Below are positions 36,857 to 51,235 of a stretch of DNA of 64,000 nt, one piece after another. The notes below the pieces were generated by a model, which ran no database searches, was not told the origin of the DNA, and worked only from the letters and a program-made list of their open reading frames with translations. Within the stretch, counting starts at the first letter, position 1. Each line of letters begins with the position of its first letter. The position numbers and the translations under genes were made by a program. This DNA comes from Candidatus Omnitrophota bacterium (GTDB taxonomy: Bacteria > Omnitrophota > Gorgyraeia > Duberdicusellales > 4484-171): assembly GCA_014729775.1 (NCBI GenBank), contig WJJJ01000031.1, forward strand, positions 7,074 through 71,073. The letters are read 5' to 3'.

Positions 36857-38938
36857 TTATATCCCGAGTATTTTTGTGAGTATTTCGTCCGGAACCTTCT
36901 CGTAATATGAAGGCTCTATTGTATAAGAAGCTCTGCCTTGTGTCAAGTTTCTTAATACATCAGCATAATTAAACATTTCCCGGAGCGGGACGTCGGCTTT
37001 GAGCACTTTTACCTTCTTGCGGTCGCCGATATTTTTGATGTGTCCGCGGCGCGAATTTAAATCGGCAATGATCTGACTCAGATATTCAGTCGGGGTCACT
37101 GCTTCCAGGTTCATAATCGGTTCCAGTATTACCGGTCCGGCCTTTTTGAGGCCGTCTTTAAATCCGATTTCCGCCGCGATTTTAAAGGATAATTCGGTAG
37201 AATCCACGTCATGGGATGAGCCGTCGATCAGGGTTGCTTTCACGTCGACCAGCGGAAACCCGCCCAGGATACCGCTTTCACCTGCTTCCATAACCCCTTC
37301 TTTTACCGCGGGGATGAATTCTTTGGGGATGATCCCTCCCTTGATTTTGCTCTCGAATTGTATCCCGCTTCCTTTGGGGAGGGGTTCCATGACGAACACT
37401 ACGTGTCCATACTGTCCTTTTCCGCCGGTTTGCTGGACGAATTTACCGATAGACTGAATGCGTTTGGAAATCGTTTCTTTGTAGGCGACCTGGGGCTTGC
37501 CTATCTTTGCTTCGACGTTGAAATCCCTCAGTAGCCGGTCGACCATTATTTCCAGATGGAGCTGGCCCATGCCCGAAATCACATTCTGGCCGGTTTCCTT
37601 GTTGTAGACTACCCGGAACGACGGGTCTTCCGCCTCCAGTTTTTTGAGACCGGAAATAAGCTTTTCTTCGTCTGCTTTGGTCTGAGGTTCGATCGCGACC
37701 GATACCACCGGTTCCGGGAATTTCATTTCTTCCAGAAGGATCTGTTTATTCTGGGCGCAGAGAGTGTCTCCGGTAGTGGAGTCTTTCAATCCTACCAGAC
37801 AGACGATGTCTCCCGCTTTGGCCTCGGAGATATATTCCTGTTTATTGGCGTGCATGCGTACGATTTTGGTGATACGTTCTTTGGTTTGCTTCGTGGCGTT
37901 ATATACGGTGCTTCCCGAAGATATTTTCCCCGAATATACCCGGGTATAAAAAAGTTTTCCTACGAAGGGATCCGTGAATACTTTAAAACACAAGGCGCAG
38001 AAGGGTTCACGGTATGATGCCTCTCTCGACTCAGGAGACTTTTGATGCGGGACGACACCGGTTACCGCGCCGACTTCCCGCGGCGACGGCAGAAAATCGC
38101 AGATCGCGTCCAACAAGAGCTGTACTCCTTTGTTTTTGAGCGCGCTTCCGCATAAGACAGGAATAAATTTATTCTTCAGGGTATATTCCCGTATCATATG
38201 CTGTATTTCGTCGTTGCCGACAGGCGCCGCTTCCAGCACCTTGTGCATGAATTCGTCATCGAGTTCCGCCAGTTTTTCGAGAAGAAACTCGCGATGTTTC
38301 ATGACTTGTTCTTTGCGGCTTTCCGGGATTTCCCCGGTGCGGAGTTTCGTTCCGGATTCATCTTCACAGGTGATCAGTTTCATGCGTATAAGATCGATAA
38401 TTCCGATCAGGGTATCCTCTTCGTAGTAAGGAATCTGCACCGGGGCAATGACGTTGAGAAGTTTCTCCCCCATTTCGCGTACGACCCCGTCAAAATCGGC
38501 GCCGGCGCGGTCCAGTTTATTGACGAATGCGATCCGGGGAATATGATATTTATCGGCCTGGCGCCACACGGTTTCGCTCTGCGGTTCCACTCCTCCGACC
38601 CCGCAGAAAATCACCACTACCCCGTCAAGTACTTTCAGGGACCTTTCGACTTCGACAGTAAAATCGATATGACCCGGAGTATCGATGATGTTGATCTGAT
38701 GATTTTGCCAGTGACAGGACGTCGCGGCGCTGGTGATGGTAATTCCCCGTTCCCGCTCCTGCTGCATCCAGTCGGTGATGGTGGTGCCGGCGTCCACTTC
38801 GCCGAGCTTGTAGGTCCGGCCGGCGTAAAAGAGCGCCCGTTCGGTGGTCGTCGTCTTCCCTGCGTCGATATGGGCGACAAACCCGATATTGCGTATGAGA
38901 TCTAATTCTTCTTTGTGTTTAGTCATTACCGTATTCAC
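36857..38938 (-). CDS. fusA: elongation factor G
   Basis: AHIDAGKTTTTE, DTPGHIDF; 693 aa. Confidence 0.97.
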   Translation of the reverse strand: MNTVMTKHKEELDLIRNIGFVAHIDAGKTTTTERALFYAGRTYKLGEVDAGTTITDWMQQERERGITITSAATSCHWQNHQINIIDTPGHIDFTVEVERSLKVLDGVVVIFCGVGGVEPQSETVWRQADKYHIPRIAFVNKLDRAGADFDGVVREMGEKLLNVIAPVQIPYYEEDTLIGIIDLIRMKLITCEDESGTKLRTGEIPESRKEQVMKHREFLLEKLAELDDEFMHKVLEAAPVGNDEIQHMIREYTLKNKFIPVLCGSALKNKGVQLLLDAICDFLPSPREVGAVTGVVPHQKSPESREASYREPFCALCFKVFTDPFVGKLFYTRVYSGKISSGSTVYNATKQTKERITKIVRMHANKQEYISEAKAGDIVCLVGLKDSTTGDTLCAQNKQILLEEMKFPEPVVSVAIEPQTKADEEKLISGLKKLEAEDPSFRVVYNKETGQNVISGMGQLHLEIMVDRLLRDFNVEAKIGKPQVAYKETISKRIQSIGKFVQQTGGKGQYGHVVFVMEPLPKGSGIQFESKIKGGIIPKEFIPAVKEGVMEAGESGILGGFPLVDVKATLIDGSSHDVDSTELSFKIAAEIGFKDGLKKAGPVILEPIMNLEAVTPTEYLSQIIADLNSRRGHIKNIGDRKKVKVLKADVPLREMFNYADVLRNLTQGRASYTIEPSYYEKVPDEILTKILGI

Positions 38939-38990
38939 TATCGATTCCTAGTTTCATCATTTCTGTCCCGTGGACGTTTCCGGGAGGTGG

Positions 38991-39458
38991 TTACCACTTA
39001 AAATGGGCAAATGCCCGGTTTGATTCAGCCATTTTGTGGGTATCATCTTTCCGTTTGATCACCGATCCCTCGTTCTTATATGCGGAGAGGATTTCGTCGG
39101 CAAGCCGCTGGTTCATGGGTCTCCCCTTTTTGCCCCGCGCATAATCACGGATCCAGCGCAGGGCGATGGAGATGCCTCGTTCCTTGGTCACTTCCATCGG
39201 AACCTGATAGGTTGCGCCGCCGATCCGGCGGGGCTTTACCGCGAGCCGGGGTCGGGCATTGTCCAGGGCGGTAAAAAATACCTTTACCGCGTCGGCCTCA
39301 GTTTCTTTTTCCACCCGGCCGAAGGCGTCATACACGATTTTCTGCGCGGTCGCTTTTTTCCCGTCGCGCATAATAATATTAATAAAATGACCGATGATCT
39401 GAGAATTGTATTTCGGGTCGGGATTTGGTTCTTTTCTCGATGCGCGTCTTCTTCTCAC
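38991..39458 (-). CDS. rpsG: 30S ribosomal protein S7 (GTG start)
   Basis: AAGGAGG, 6 nt, then GTG. Encodes RRRRASRKEPNPDPKYNSQ...; 155 aa. The long upstream ORF-track extension is rejected. Confidence 0.9.
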   Translation of the reverse strand: MRRRRASRKEPNPDPKYNSQIIGHFINIIMRDGKKATAQKIVYDAFGRVEKETEADAVKVFFTALDNARPRLAVKPRRIGGATYQVPMEVTKERGISIALRWIRDYARGKKGRPMNQRLADEILSAYKNEGSVIKRKDDTHKMAESNRAFAHFKW

Positions 39459-39469
39459 GATTGTCCTCC

Positions 39470-39844
39470 TTACGATTTTGGTCTTTTGGCCCCGTATTTC
39501 GAGCGTGACCGTTTCCGGTTCTGCACGCCCTGACAATCGAGGGTGCCCCGTACGATATGGTACCGGACTCCGGGCAGATCCTTTACCCTTCCGCCGCGCA
39601 CAAGCACAATTGAATGTTCCTGCAGATTGTGCCCCTCTCCGGGAATATATGCGGTGACTTCCTGCCGGTTGGTAAGCCGGACGCGGGCGACTTTTCGCAG
39701 TGCCGAGTTCGGCTTCTTCGGGGTCATTGTTCTTACCTGAATACATACGCCCCTTCGTTGAGGGCAGTTTTGCAGCGCCGGAGACTTTGTCTTTTTTCGT
39801 TTTAAGACCCGGGGTTTCCGGATCAGCTGGGTTATTGTTGGCAT
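39470..39844 (-). CDS. rpsL: 30S ribosomal protein S12
   Basis: [12 protein letters not shown] ... [10 protein letters not shown]. Confidence 0.97.
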   Translation of the reverse strand: MPTITQLIRKPRVLKRKKTKSPALQNCPQRRGVCIQVRTMTPKKPNSALRKVARVRLTNRQEVTAYIPGEGHNLQEHSIVLVRGGRVKDLPGVRYHIVRGTLDCQGVQNRKRSRSKYGAKRPKS

Positions 39845-42800
39845 TTTTCCACCTCGACTTCCCTGTATTTGTTCAGTCCTGTTCCCGCGGGAATCAAGTG
39901 TCCCACGATCACATTTTCTTTTAATCCCTGAAGATAGTCTATCTTTCCGGAGCTGGCGGCATCGGCAAGGACCCGGGTCGTTTCCTGGAAGCTCGCCGCC
40001 GAAATGAAGCTCTTGGTGCTCAGGCTCGCTTTAGTGATTCCCAGCAGCAGCGGAGAGGCGGTTGCGGGTTTCTTGCCTTTCTTGGTGGCTTCCAGGTTGC
40101 CTCTGCGGAATTCCCATTTATCAACCGCTTCTCCCGGTAAGAATTCAGTATCGCCGCCGTTGATAATTTTGACTTTTTTCAGCATTTCCCGGATGATGAG
40201 CTCAATGTGTTTGTCATTGATGCGGACGCCCTGAAGACGGTACACTTCCTGCACTTCGTTTACCAGATATTCCTGCAGGACTTTATCGCCGCAGACGCGG
40301 AGAATGTCCTGAAGAACGGTCGGTCCTTCGGTAAGCTGCTGTCCGGCGCTTACCTGATCACCGCGGTAGACGACAGGATGGCTTCCCGCGGGAATCGTAT
40401 ACTCCCGTGTCATGCCCGTTGAACTTCTTACCAGTATTTTTCGTTCTCCTTTTTCTTCTTTAAATTCGACGAATCCTTCGATTTCGCTGATGATCGCCGG
40501 ATTCTTCGGTTTTCTCGCTTCAAATAATTCAGCCACCCGCGGCAGTCCGGCGGTAATATCGCGCGTTTTCGCGACCAGCCGGGGAGTTTTGGCGATGATG
40601 TCGCCTGCGCCGACTTTTTCCCCCTCGTCAAGCATGATGTGAGCGCCGGTAGGCAAGGGGTAGATACCGAGCACTTCTTTTTCGTCTTCGGAGATGATGA
40701 GCAGCTGCGGATGATAGTCGCCTTTGAATTCGACGACGACGCGTTCTTTCCTTCCCGTGGTCAGGTTCATCTCTTCCTGAATCGTGATTTTGTCGATCAT
40801 ATCTTCATATTTCACTTTTCCGTTTACTTCGGTGAGGATCGGAGAGGAGAACGGATCCCAACGCACGAAAATTTTACCTTTCTCTACGGTGTCTCCTTCG
40901 GAATTGAGGATAAAGGCTCCCTGAGGGACCGGATTGCGCTGGAGTTCTATTCCTTTGTCGTCGGTTAAGCTCACCATTCCGTTGCGGTTAAGGACGACAT
41001 AATGTTTCCCTTTTGATACCACTTTCAGATTATGAAACGAGACCGTCCCTTTATTCCGCGCTTTAATAAAGGCCCGTTCCGCTACCCGGGATGCGGTTCC
41101 GCCGATATGAAACGTGCGCATGGTCAGCTGAGTTCCGGGTTCGCCGATTGACTGGGCGGCGATGACGCCGACCGCTTCGCCGATCTCCACGATTTTTCCG
41201 GTCGCGAGGTTTCGCCCGTAGCATTTCGCGCATACTCCCCGTTCCGTTTCACAGGTCAGCCCGCTGCGAATTCGTATTTTCTCAAGTCCGAGCCGTTCGA
41301 TCTTGTCGGCTTTTTCGTCGGTGATTTCGTCACCGGATTTCACGATGACCTCATCGGTGATCACATCGACAATATTATCGAGCGCGACCCGGCCCACCAC
41401 CCGTTCACGAAGAGACACCACGACTTCGTCTCCTTCGACGATTTCCGAAACCGTGATCCCCTTGACCGTTTGACAGTCCTCTTCGATGACGATTACTTCC
41501 TGGGCTACATCGACGAGGCGTCGGGTGAGGTATCCCGCGTCCGCGGTTTTTAAGGCGGTATCGGCGAGTCCTTTTCGCGCGCCGTGCGTGGAAATAAAAA
41601 ATTCCAGCACGCTCAGTCCTTCGCGGAAATTAGACGTCACCGGGGTTTCGATGATCTCTCCTGAAGGTTTTGCCATCAGTCCGCGCATTCCGGAGAGCTG
41701 TTTGATCTGTGGTTTTGATCCCCGTGCGCCGGAATCGGCCATCATGAAAATGGGATTGAACTTATCCATTGATTTGAACACCAGATCCGCGACGCGGTCG
41801 GTCGTCCTGGTCCAGACGTCGATGATCTTATTATGGCGTTCGCGTTCGGTGATAATCCCTTTTCGGTACTGATCGTGTACCTTTGTAAGTTCCTGATTCG
41901 TTTCGCCGATACAGTCTTTTTTCTGAGGGGGGATCACGAGGTCACCGACTGCGATGCTGATCCCGCCGAGTGTTGCATATTCAAAGCCGAGTTCTTTGAT
42001 TTTATCGAGCAGTTGGATCGTTTCCGCGTGTCCGCAGGTACTGTAGCACTGGCTGATCAGCGCCGAAACGTTCTTTTTTCCCAGAGGTTTGTTCACGTAG
42101 GAGAAACCTTCGGGAAGTATTTGATTGAACATCACGCGTCCGACGGTCGTTTCTATGATGGTATCTTTCTTTTCCGACTTTTCTTTTTCCTGGTCTTCTC
42201 CCACATAGGACGGATAGCGGATTTTAATTTTCGTGTGTAATTCGATTTCTTCGTCCTGGAAAGCGGTCATCATTTCCTCGGGAGATGAAAACATGAGTCC
42301 TTCACCCCGGGCGCCTTCTTTTTCCAGCGTGAGGTAGCGGCAGCCGACGATCATATCCTGGCTGGGCGTAATAATCGGCCGTCCGTCTGCCGGAGAAAAG
42401 ATGTTGTTGACCGACAGCATCAGTATTTTCGCCTCGGACTGTGCCTCGAGGGACAAGGGTACGTGAACGGCCATCTGGTCACCGTCGAAATCAGCGTTAA
42501 ACGGTGCGCAGACCAGCGGATGAAGTTTGATCGCTTTCCCTTCCACGAGTACCGGATAAAAAGCCTGAATACTGAGCCGGTGCAGTGTCGGTGCGCGGTT
42601 GAGCAATACCGGATGTCCGTGAATAACTTCTTCGAGGATATCCCAGACTTCTACCCTTGCCCGTTCCACCATACGCCGGGCTCCTTTGACCGTGTGTACG
42701 AATCCTTTTTCTCTCAGTTTTTTAATGATAAACGGTTCAAACAGTTCAAGTGCCATTTGTTTGGGGAGACCGCATTCATGGAGTTTTAGTTCAGGTCCGA

Positions 42801-43835
42801 CCACGATGACGCTCCGGCCGGAGTAGTCAACTCGTTTTCCTAAGAGATTTTGCCGGAACCGTCCCTGTTTTCCCTTAAGCATGTCCGATAAGCTTTTCAG
42901 GGGGCGGTTCTGCGGGCCCATGACCGGGCGGCCGTGCCGTCCGTTTTCCAAGAGGGCGTCGACCGCTTCCTGGAGCATTCGTTTTTCGTTCCGGATAATG
43001 ATATCCGGCGCTCCGAGCGAGATCAGTTTCTTCAACCGGTTGTTCCTGTTGATTACGCGGCGGTAAAGATCGTTCAGATCCGACGAGGCAAACCGTCCTC
43101 CCTCCAATGGAACCAGCGGGCGCAGATCCGGCGGGATCACCGGGACAATATCGAGCACAAGCCATTCAGGATTATTTCCTGACCGGCGGAAATCCTCGAT
43201 GATTTTGAGCCTTTTTAATAAACGTTTGTTGGCACTACTTTTACTATTCGCGATGTCTTTCCGTATGGATTTGGCGAGTTTCGCGATATCCATTTGGCCC
43301 AACAGGATGCGGATCGCCTCTGCTCCGATGTGCGCTTTGAATTCGTTCCCGTGTTCTTCCCGGGCTTTCCGGTATTCGTCTTCGTTCAGCAGCTGCTGGG
43401 GCTTTAATGGAGAGTTTCCGGGGTCGGTGACGATATATTCTTCATAATAAATGACTTTTTCGAGCTCTTTCATGGACAGATCCATCAGTGCTCCCATGCG
43501 CGAAGGCAGGACCTTATAGAACCAGATGTGGGTTACCGGCGCTGCCAGATCTATGTGGCCCATTCGCTGGCGCCGGACAGAGGAATGCAGTACCTCCACT
43601 CCACACCGGTCGCATTTCGTACCCTTGAATTTTATGCCTTTCAGTTTTCCGCAGTGACATTCCCAGTCTTTGGACGGTCCGAATATTTTTTCGCAGAACA
43701 ACCCGTCCTTTTCCGGTTTTAAGGTGCGGTAATTGAGTGTTTCGGCTTTTTTGACTTCTCCGGAAGACCAACTTTTGATCACCTCGGCGGAAGCCAGGTG
43801 GATTGCGATCCGATCGAAAAAACTCACTTCTTCAA

Positions 43836-43839
<4 letters not shown>
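39832..43839 (-). CDS. rpoC: DNA-directed RNA polymerase subunit beta'
   Basis: Zinc-binding [20 protein letters not shown] and NADFDGDQM catalytic motif; 1335 aa. The 3' end overlaps the rpsL start by 13 nt. Confidence 0.97.
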
Positions 43840-47252
<3,413 letters not shown>

Positions 47253-47267
47253 ATCGCGCCTCCTCGT

Positions 47268-47645
47268 TTATTTCAATTCGACGGTTCCTCCTGCGGCTTC
47301 GATTTTTTTCTTGATCTCTTCCGCATCTTCTTTGGTAGTGTTCTCTTTCAGTTCTTTAGGGGCGGAATCGACCAGTTCTTTCGCTTCTTTCAATCCGAGA
47401 TCGGTGATCGAGCGTACTTCCTTAATGACCGCGATTTTGTTTGAGCCGGCTCCGGTCAGCATGACCGTGAACGCAGTCTTTTCCTCTTCTTCCTCTCCGC
47501 CTCCCGCGGGCGCGGCCCCTGCTGCGGCCACTACCGGAGCGCTTGCGGTAACCCCGAATTTCTCCTCGCACGCTTTCACGAGTTCAGACAGCTCAAGGAC
47601 AGTCATGTCCTCTACCATTTTCAGTACATCTTCGACTTTAGACAT
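47268..47645 (-). CDS. rplL: 50S ribosomal protein L7/L12
   Basis: [25 protein letters not shown] with an Ala/Gly/Glu hinge. Confidence 0.95.
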   Translation of the reverse strand: MSKVEDVLKMVEDMTVLELSELVKACEEKFGVTASAPVVAAAGAAPAGGGEEEEEKTAFTVMLTGAGSNKIAVIKEVRSITDLGLKEAKELVDSAPKELKENTTKEDAEEIKKKIEAAGGTVELK

Positions 47646-47711
47646 AGCTAACCTCCTTTTCCGAATGAAAATACATAGTGGGTGCGTGAGAACGCATGGT
47701 TCGTATCATGT

Positions 47712-48248
47712 TTATTTCGACTCCTGATCTTTCTTTTTCTTCATTTCTTCGAGCAGCCATACGAATTTCTGGATCGTCTGGTTCAGCACCGAAACGAATC
47801 CGGTAAGCGGAGACGCCAGTCCCCGTACGGCCGTTCCGAGAAGAACTTCTTTAGGCGGGAGTTTCGCTAAGCTCTGGAATTCTTCCTGAGATAATGACTT
47901 TTCCTGCAGAATTCCGCCGCGGACTTGAAAATTTTCATTTTCCTTGGAAAAATCGGCAAGTACTTTACACGCGCCGATGATATCGTTTTCGTAAATGAAT
48001 ACCGCGCCGGTTTCGCCCTGAATGAACTGCTGAGCATCGGGGTGTCCGAATTCTTCAAAGACCCTTTTGAAAAGCGTGTTCTTGGTCACGAATACTTCCG
48101 CACCGTTACGGCGCAGATCATTGCGGATAGAAGAAACCGCGGCTGAGGGGATCTTGTTAATGCCGATGAACAAACATGCGTTGCTTTGTTCGAAATGATT
48201 TTTTACTTCCTGGGACAGCTTGTTGCGTGCGAGTACTCCTACTTTCAT
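47712..48248 (-). CDS. rplJ: 50S ribosomal protein L10
   Basis: Start MKVGVLARNKLSQEV sits 2 nt after the rplA stop. The ORF-track start 60 codons upstream would overlap rplA and is rejected. Confidence 0.8.
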   Translation of the reverse strand: MKVGVLARNKLSQEVKNHFEQSNACLFIGINKIPSAAVSSIRNDLRRNGAEVFVTKNTLFKRVFEEFGHPDAQQFIQGETGAVFIYENDIIGACKVLADFSKENENFQVRGGILQEKSLSQEEFQSLAKLPPKEVLLGTAVRGLASPLTGFVSVLNQTIQKFVWLLEEMKKKKDQESK

Positions 48249-48250
48249 GA

Positions 48251-48931
48251 TTATACCTGGATTTTTAACGACGGACTCATCGTCGTACAAAGATAGCATG
48301 ATTTTAAAAATTCCCCTTTCACTGAAGACGGTCGTGCTCCCCGCAGTGCGTTCACGAACGCGGCTACGTTTTTCATCAGTGCTTCTTCGGAAAAGGAAAG
48401 TTTTCCCAGTCCGGTGTGCACACACCCCATTTTATCCATCCGGAAATCGATCTTGCCCCGTTTGGCCTGGCTTATCGCGTGTTCGATATTTTCGGTCACG
48501 GTTCCGGTTTTGGGGGACGGCATCAGACCGCGCGGTCCGAGCAGTTTCCCAAGCCGTCCGACGAGTTTCATCATTCCCGGAGTCGAGATGCATTGATCAA
48601 ACTCAAGCCAGTTTTCTTTTTGGATTTTTTCCACTACTTCCTGCGAACCGAGATAATCGGCTCCGGCTTTTTTTGCCGCTTCTTCCTTTTCCGGTTCGCA
48701 AAAGACCAGTACCCGTATCTCTTTCCCGGTGCCTTCCGGCAGTACTACCGATCCTCGTACCATTTGATCGGACTGCCGCGGATTCACCCCGAGCTGACAG
48801 CAGAATTCGATTGTTTCGTCGAATCCCGCCGACGGCATTTTTTTCAGCAGTTCTATTGCTTCGTTCAGCTCGTACGCTTTCTGGGTTTCTTTCAGTTCAA
48901 GTGCCTGGGAATATCGTTTGCTTCGTTTCAT
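48251..48931 (-). CDS. rplA: 50S ribosomal protein L1
   Basis: L1 fold; 226 aa. Confidence 0.95.
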   Translation of the reverse strand: MKRSKRYSQALELKETQKAYELNEAIELLKKMPSAGFDETIEFCCQLGVNPRQSDQMVRGSVVLPEGTGKEIRVLVFCEPEKEEAAKKAGADYLGSQEVVEKIQKENWLEFDQCISTPGMMKLVGRLGKLLGPRGLMPSPKTGTVTENIEHAISQAKRGKIDFRMDKMGCVHTGLGKLSFSEEALMKNVAAFVNALRGARPSSVKGEFLKSCYLCTTMSPSLKIQV

Positions 48932-49365
48932 TCTTTCACCTTTATCCCGGCACTGCGCGCCGTGCCTTCAATGATCCGCATCGCGTGTTCTATGTCGATC
49001 GTGTTTAAATCTTCCATTTTTTCCTTGGCGATTTCTCTGATCTGTTCCTTCGTGACTTCTCCGATTACTTCTTTCCCCGCGGTTCCGCTCGCTTTGGCGA
49101 GGTTTGCCGCCCGTTTAAGCAATACCGCGGCCGGAGGACTTTTTAATACGAAATCAAAGGAGCGGTCTTCATAGACGTTGATAACCACCGGCAGGATAAT
49201 GCCTTCTTTTTGTTTGGTTGCGTCGTTAAACGCTTTACAAAACTGCATTATCTGCACGCCGTGCTGTCCCAGTGCGGGTCCCACGGGCGGAGCCGGATTC
49301 GCCGCGCCGGCAGGAATCTGGAGTTTAATCTGCGCCGCCGGTTTTTTCTTTTTCTTTTTTGCCAT
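48928..49365 (-). CDS. rplK: 50S ribosomal protein L11
   Basis: [30 protein letters not shown]. Confidence 0.95.
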   Translation of the reverse strand: MAKKKKKKPAAQIKLQIPAGAANPAPPVGPALGQHGVQIMQFCKAFNDATKQKEGIILPVVINVYEDRSFDFVLKSPPAAVLLKRAANLAKASGTAGKEVIGEVTKEQIREIAKEKMEDLNTIDIEHAMRIIEGTARSAGIKVKE

Positions 49366-49380
49366 GCCTCGCTCCGTTCC

Positions 49381-49908
49381 TTAAATTTTTTCCACCTGCC
49401 AGAATTCCAGTTCTACCGGGGTAGTTCTTCCGAAAATTGATACGTTCACCCTTAATTTCCCCTTTTCGGGATATACTTCCTCCACAATTCCGTTAAAGTT
49501 CACGAAAGGCCCCTCCACTACGCGTATATTCTCCCCTCGTTCAAAACTTACCTTGGGGGCGGGTTTTTCTTTACTTTCTTCGGCTTTGGTCAGAATCTTG
49601 TCTACTTCTTCTTGTGATATAGGTAAGGGCTTACGCCGGGGTCCTATAAAAGTGGTAATTCCCGGAGTTTTTTTCACGAACAGCCAGCTGTCATCGTTCA
49701 TTTCCATATGCACCAGCATGTATCCCGGGAAGAATTTTCTTTCTAAAACCCTTTTTTTTCCCAGTTTGACTTCTGTGACCTGTTCCTTGGGAATCACGAT
49801 TTGATCAATCGTGTCTTCGTATCCGTGCGCTTTCACCCGCGATTCCAGATTCGCCTTGGTTTTTTCTTCAGCTCCGCTCAGCGTATGGAGGATATACCAT
49901 TGTTTCAT
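49381..49908 (-). CDS. nusG: transcription termination/antitermination factor NusG
   Basis: NGN domain MKQWYILHTLSGAEEK and C-terminal KOW domain. Confidence 0.9.
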   Translation of the reverse strand: MKQWYILHTLSGAEEKTKANLESRVKAHGYEDTIDQIVIPKEQVTEVKLGKKRVLERKFFPGYMLVHMEMNDDSWLFVKKTPGITTFIGPRRKPLPISQEEVDKILTKAEESKEKPAPKVSFERGENIRVVEGPFVNFNGIVEEVYPEKGKLRVNVSIFGRTTPVELEFWQVEKI

Positions 49909-49916
49909 AATAACCT

Positions 49917-50114
49917 TTAATACTGCAGAAAGAACCTGACTGCTTGCGAAAGCCCTAGATCAATCACGCCGATGTAAGTGGTGAGAAATGCGGCGACGAC
50001 GATGACGATTGCGGTCGCGCTCAGCAGTTCCTGGCGGCTCGCCCAGTTAATGCGCTGAAATTCCTCCCGGACCTCTTTGAAAAATTTCGGCAGTGTTTTA
50101 ATTTTTTTAATCAT
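49917..50114 (-). CDS. secE: preprotein translocase subunit SecE
   Basis: 65-aa single-TM protein; FFKEVREEFQRINWASRQEL. Confidence 0.85.
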   Translation of the reverse strand: MIKKIKTLPKFFKEVREEFQRINWASRQELLSATAIVIVVAAFLTTYIGVIDLGLSQAVRFFLQY

Positions 50115-50147
50115 GCTGCGTCTGTGTATTTCGATTGTCTCTTAACG

Positions 50148-50220
50148 CAGGCGAGGCAGGAATCGAACCTGCAGCCCTCGGTTTTGGAGACCGATGCTCT
50201 GCCAATTGAGCTACTCGCCT
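50148..50220 (-). tRNA. tRNA-Trp (anticodon CCA)
   Basis: Minus strand reads AGGCGAGTAGCTCAATTGGCAGAGCATCGGTCTCCAAAACCGAGGGCTGCAGGTTCGATTCCTGCCTCGCCTG. Confidence 0.85.
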
Positions 50221-50248
50221 AAGGCGAATTCGTGATATGTAGAGAGCA

Positions 50249-50401
50249 TCAAGCTTTCGTTTCGCGATGCTGCGTATGCGCACGGCACGCCCGGCAGAAC
50301 TTACGGATTTCCATTTTTTCAGGATGTTTCCGTTTGTTCTTCGTCGGATAATAATTTTTTCGTTTACACTCGGTACAGCGTAATGCGATTAATTCTCTCA
50401 T
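50249..50401 (-). CDS. rpmG: 50S ribosomal protein L33
   Basis: Not in the ORF track. Minus strand encodes MRELIALRCTECKRKNYYPTKNKRKHPEKMEIRKFCRACRAHTQHRETKA (Cys4). Confidence 0.85.
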   Translation of the reverse strand: MRELIALRCTECKRKNYYPTKNKRKHPEKMEIRKFCRACRAHTQHRETKA

Positions 50402-50459
50402 GCTTCTTCAATAGGTTAGACCGCCCCTTCGGGCGTAAGGTACCATTGATTTTTAGATA

Positions 50460-50532
<73 letters not shown>

Positions 50533-50570
50533 GTCTATGTGCGCAGGCGCTTCCAAGGTGCAATTTTTAA

Positions 50571-50598
50571 ATATTACTATAAAGAATAGATTTGTCAA
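50571..50598 (-). promoter_or_regulatory. sigma70-like promoter TTGACA-N16-TAATAT for tRNA-Thr / rpmG / tRNA-Trp / secE
   Basis: Minus strand reads TTGACAAATCTATTCTTTATAGTAATAT, about 30 nt upstream of the tRNA-Thr 5' end. Confidence 0.5.
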
Positions 50599-50721
50599 GA
50601 GAAAAATGGACCTTTTTCATTTGAAACCGCTGATCCGGGTGTTCTCAGCAAGGTGATGGGTGCTTCAGCGCAGCGGTCCGGGAACCAGCCCGGACCGCTG
50701 CGCTGCGCGTGAAAAAACGGT

Positions 50722-50798
50722 TGGTTGCGGGGAGAGGATTTGAACCTCTGACCTCAAGGTTATGAGCCTTGCGAGCTACCTGGCTGCTCCACCCCGCG
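50722..50798 (-). tRNA. tRNA-Met, initiator type (anticodon CAT)
   Basis: Minus strand reads CGCGGGGTGGAGCAGCCAGGTAGCTCGCAAGGCTCATAACCTTGAGGTCAGAGGTTCAAATCCTCTCCCCGCAACCA. Closely resembles E. coli initiator tRNA-fMet (CGCGGGG...CCCCGCAACCA ends with a C1:A72 mismatch), and CCA is encoded. The anticodon stem lacks the three consecutive G:C pairs of canonical initiators, so initiator versus elongator is not settled. Confidence 0.8.
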
Positions 50799-50822
50799 AA
50801 AGTGTATTTCACCGTTCACGCT

Positions 50823-50850
50823 ATTGTAATCTTTTTTTTCGGTTTGTCAA
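50823..50850 (-). promoter_or_regulatory. sigma70-like promoter TTGACA-N16-TACAAT for tRNA-fMet
   Basis: Minus strand reads TTGACAAACCGAAAAAAAAGATTACAAT, about 25 nt upstream of the tRNA 5' end. Confidence 0.5.
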
Positions 50851-50984
50851 CCTCACGCCTCCGCTTTTTCGCAGGATCCCGGGGGCTTTGAAGTACAGTA
50901 TAAAGCGAAATCCCGGCAGGCGCGCTGCGCCTGCGGGAGAACCCGTCCCCCGTTCTTTGAGAAAGATACGTGACGGAGCGTAAA

Positions 50985-51059
50985 TAGCCCCAACGGGATT
51001 CGAACCCGTGTCTGATGGCTGAGAACCACCTGTCCTGGGCCAGGCTAGACGATGGGGCC
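50985..51059 (-). tRNA. tRNA-Glu (anticodon CTC)
   Basis: Minus strand reads GGCCCCATCGTCTAGCCTGGCCCAGGACAGGTGGTTCTCAGCCATCAGACACGGGTTCGAATCCCGTTGGGGCTA. D-arm resembles bacterial tRNA-Glu. Confidence 0.8.
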
Positions 51060-51100
51060 GAAATGACAAACAACCTAGTCCTGCGTCAGGAATTACTACT

Positions 51101-51128
51101 ATTCTATGCAGAAAACATATTCTGTCAA
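51101..51128 (-). promoter_or_regulatory. sigma70-like promoter TTGACA-N16-TAGAAT for tRNA-Glu
   Basis: Minus strand reads TTGACAGAATATGTTTTCTGCATAGAAT, about 35 nt upstream of the tRNA-Glu 5' end. Confidence 0.5.
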
Positions 51129-51235
51129 TAGTCCAATGGTGAAAACGGTTACTTTTTTTCTCTTTTCGCGGTTGTTTTGACCTTTTTCTTCATGGTAAGC
51201 TTAACCGAGGCCCGTATAGGGTCTTAAGCCACGGA

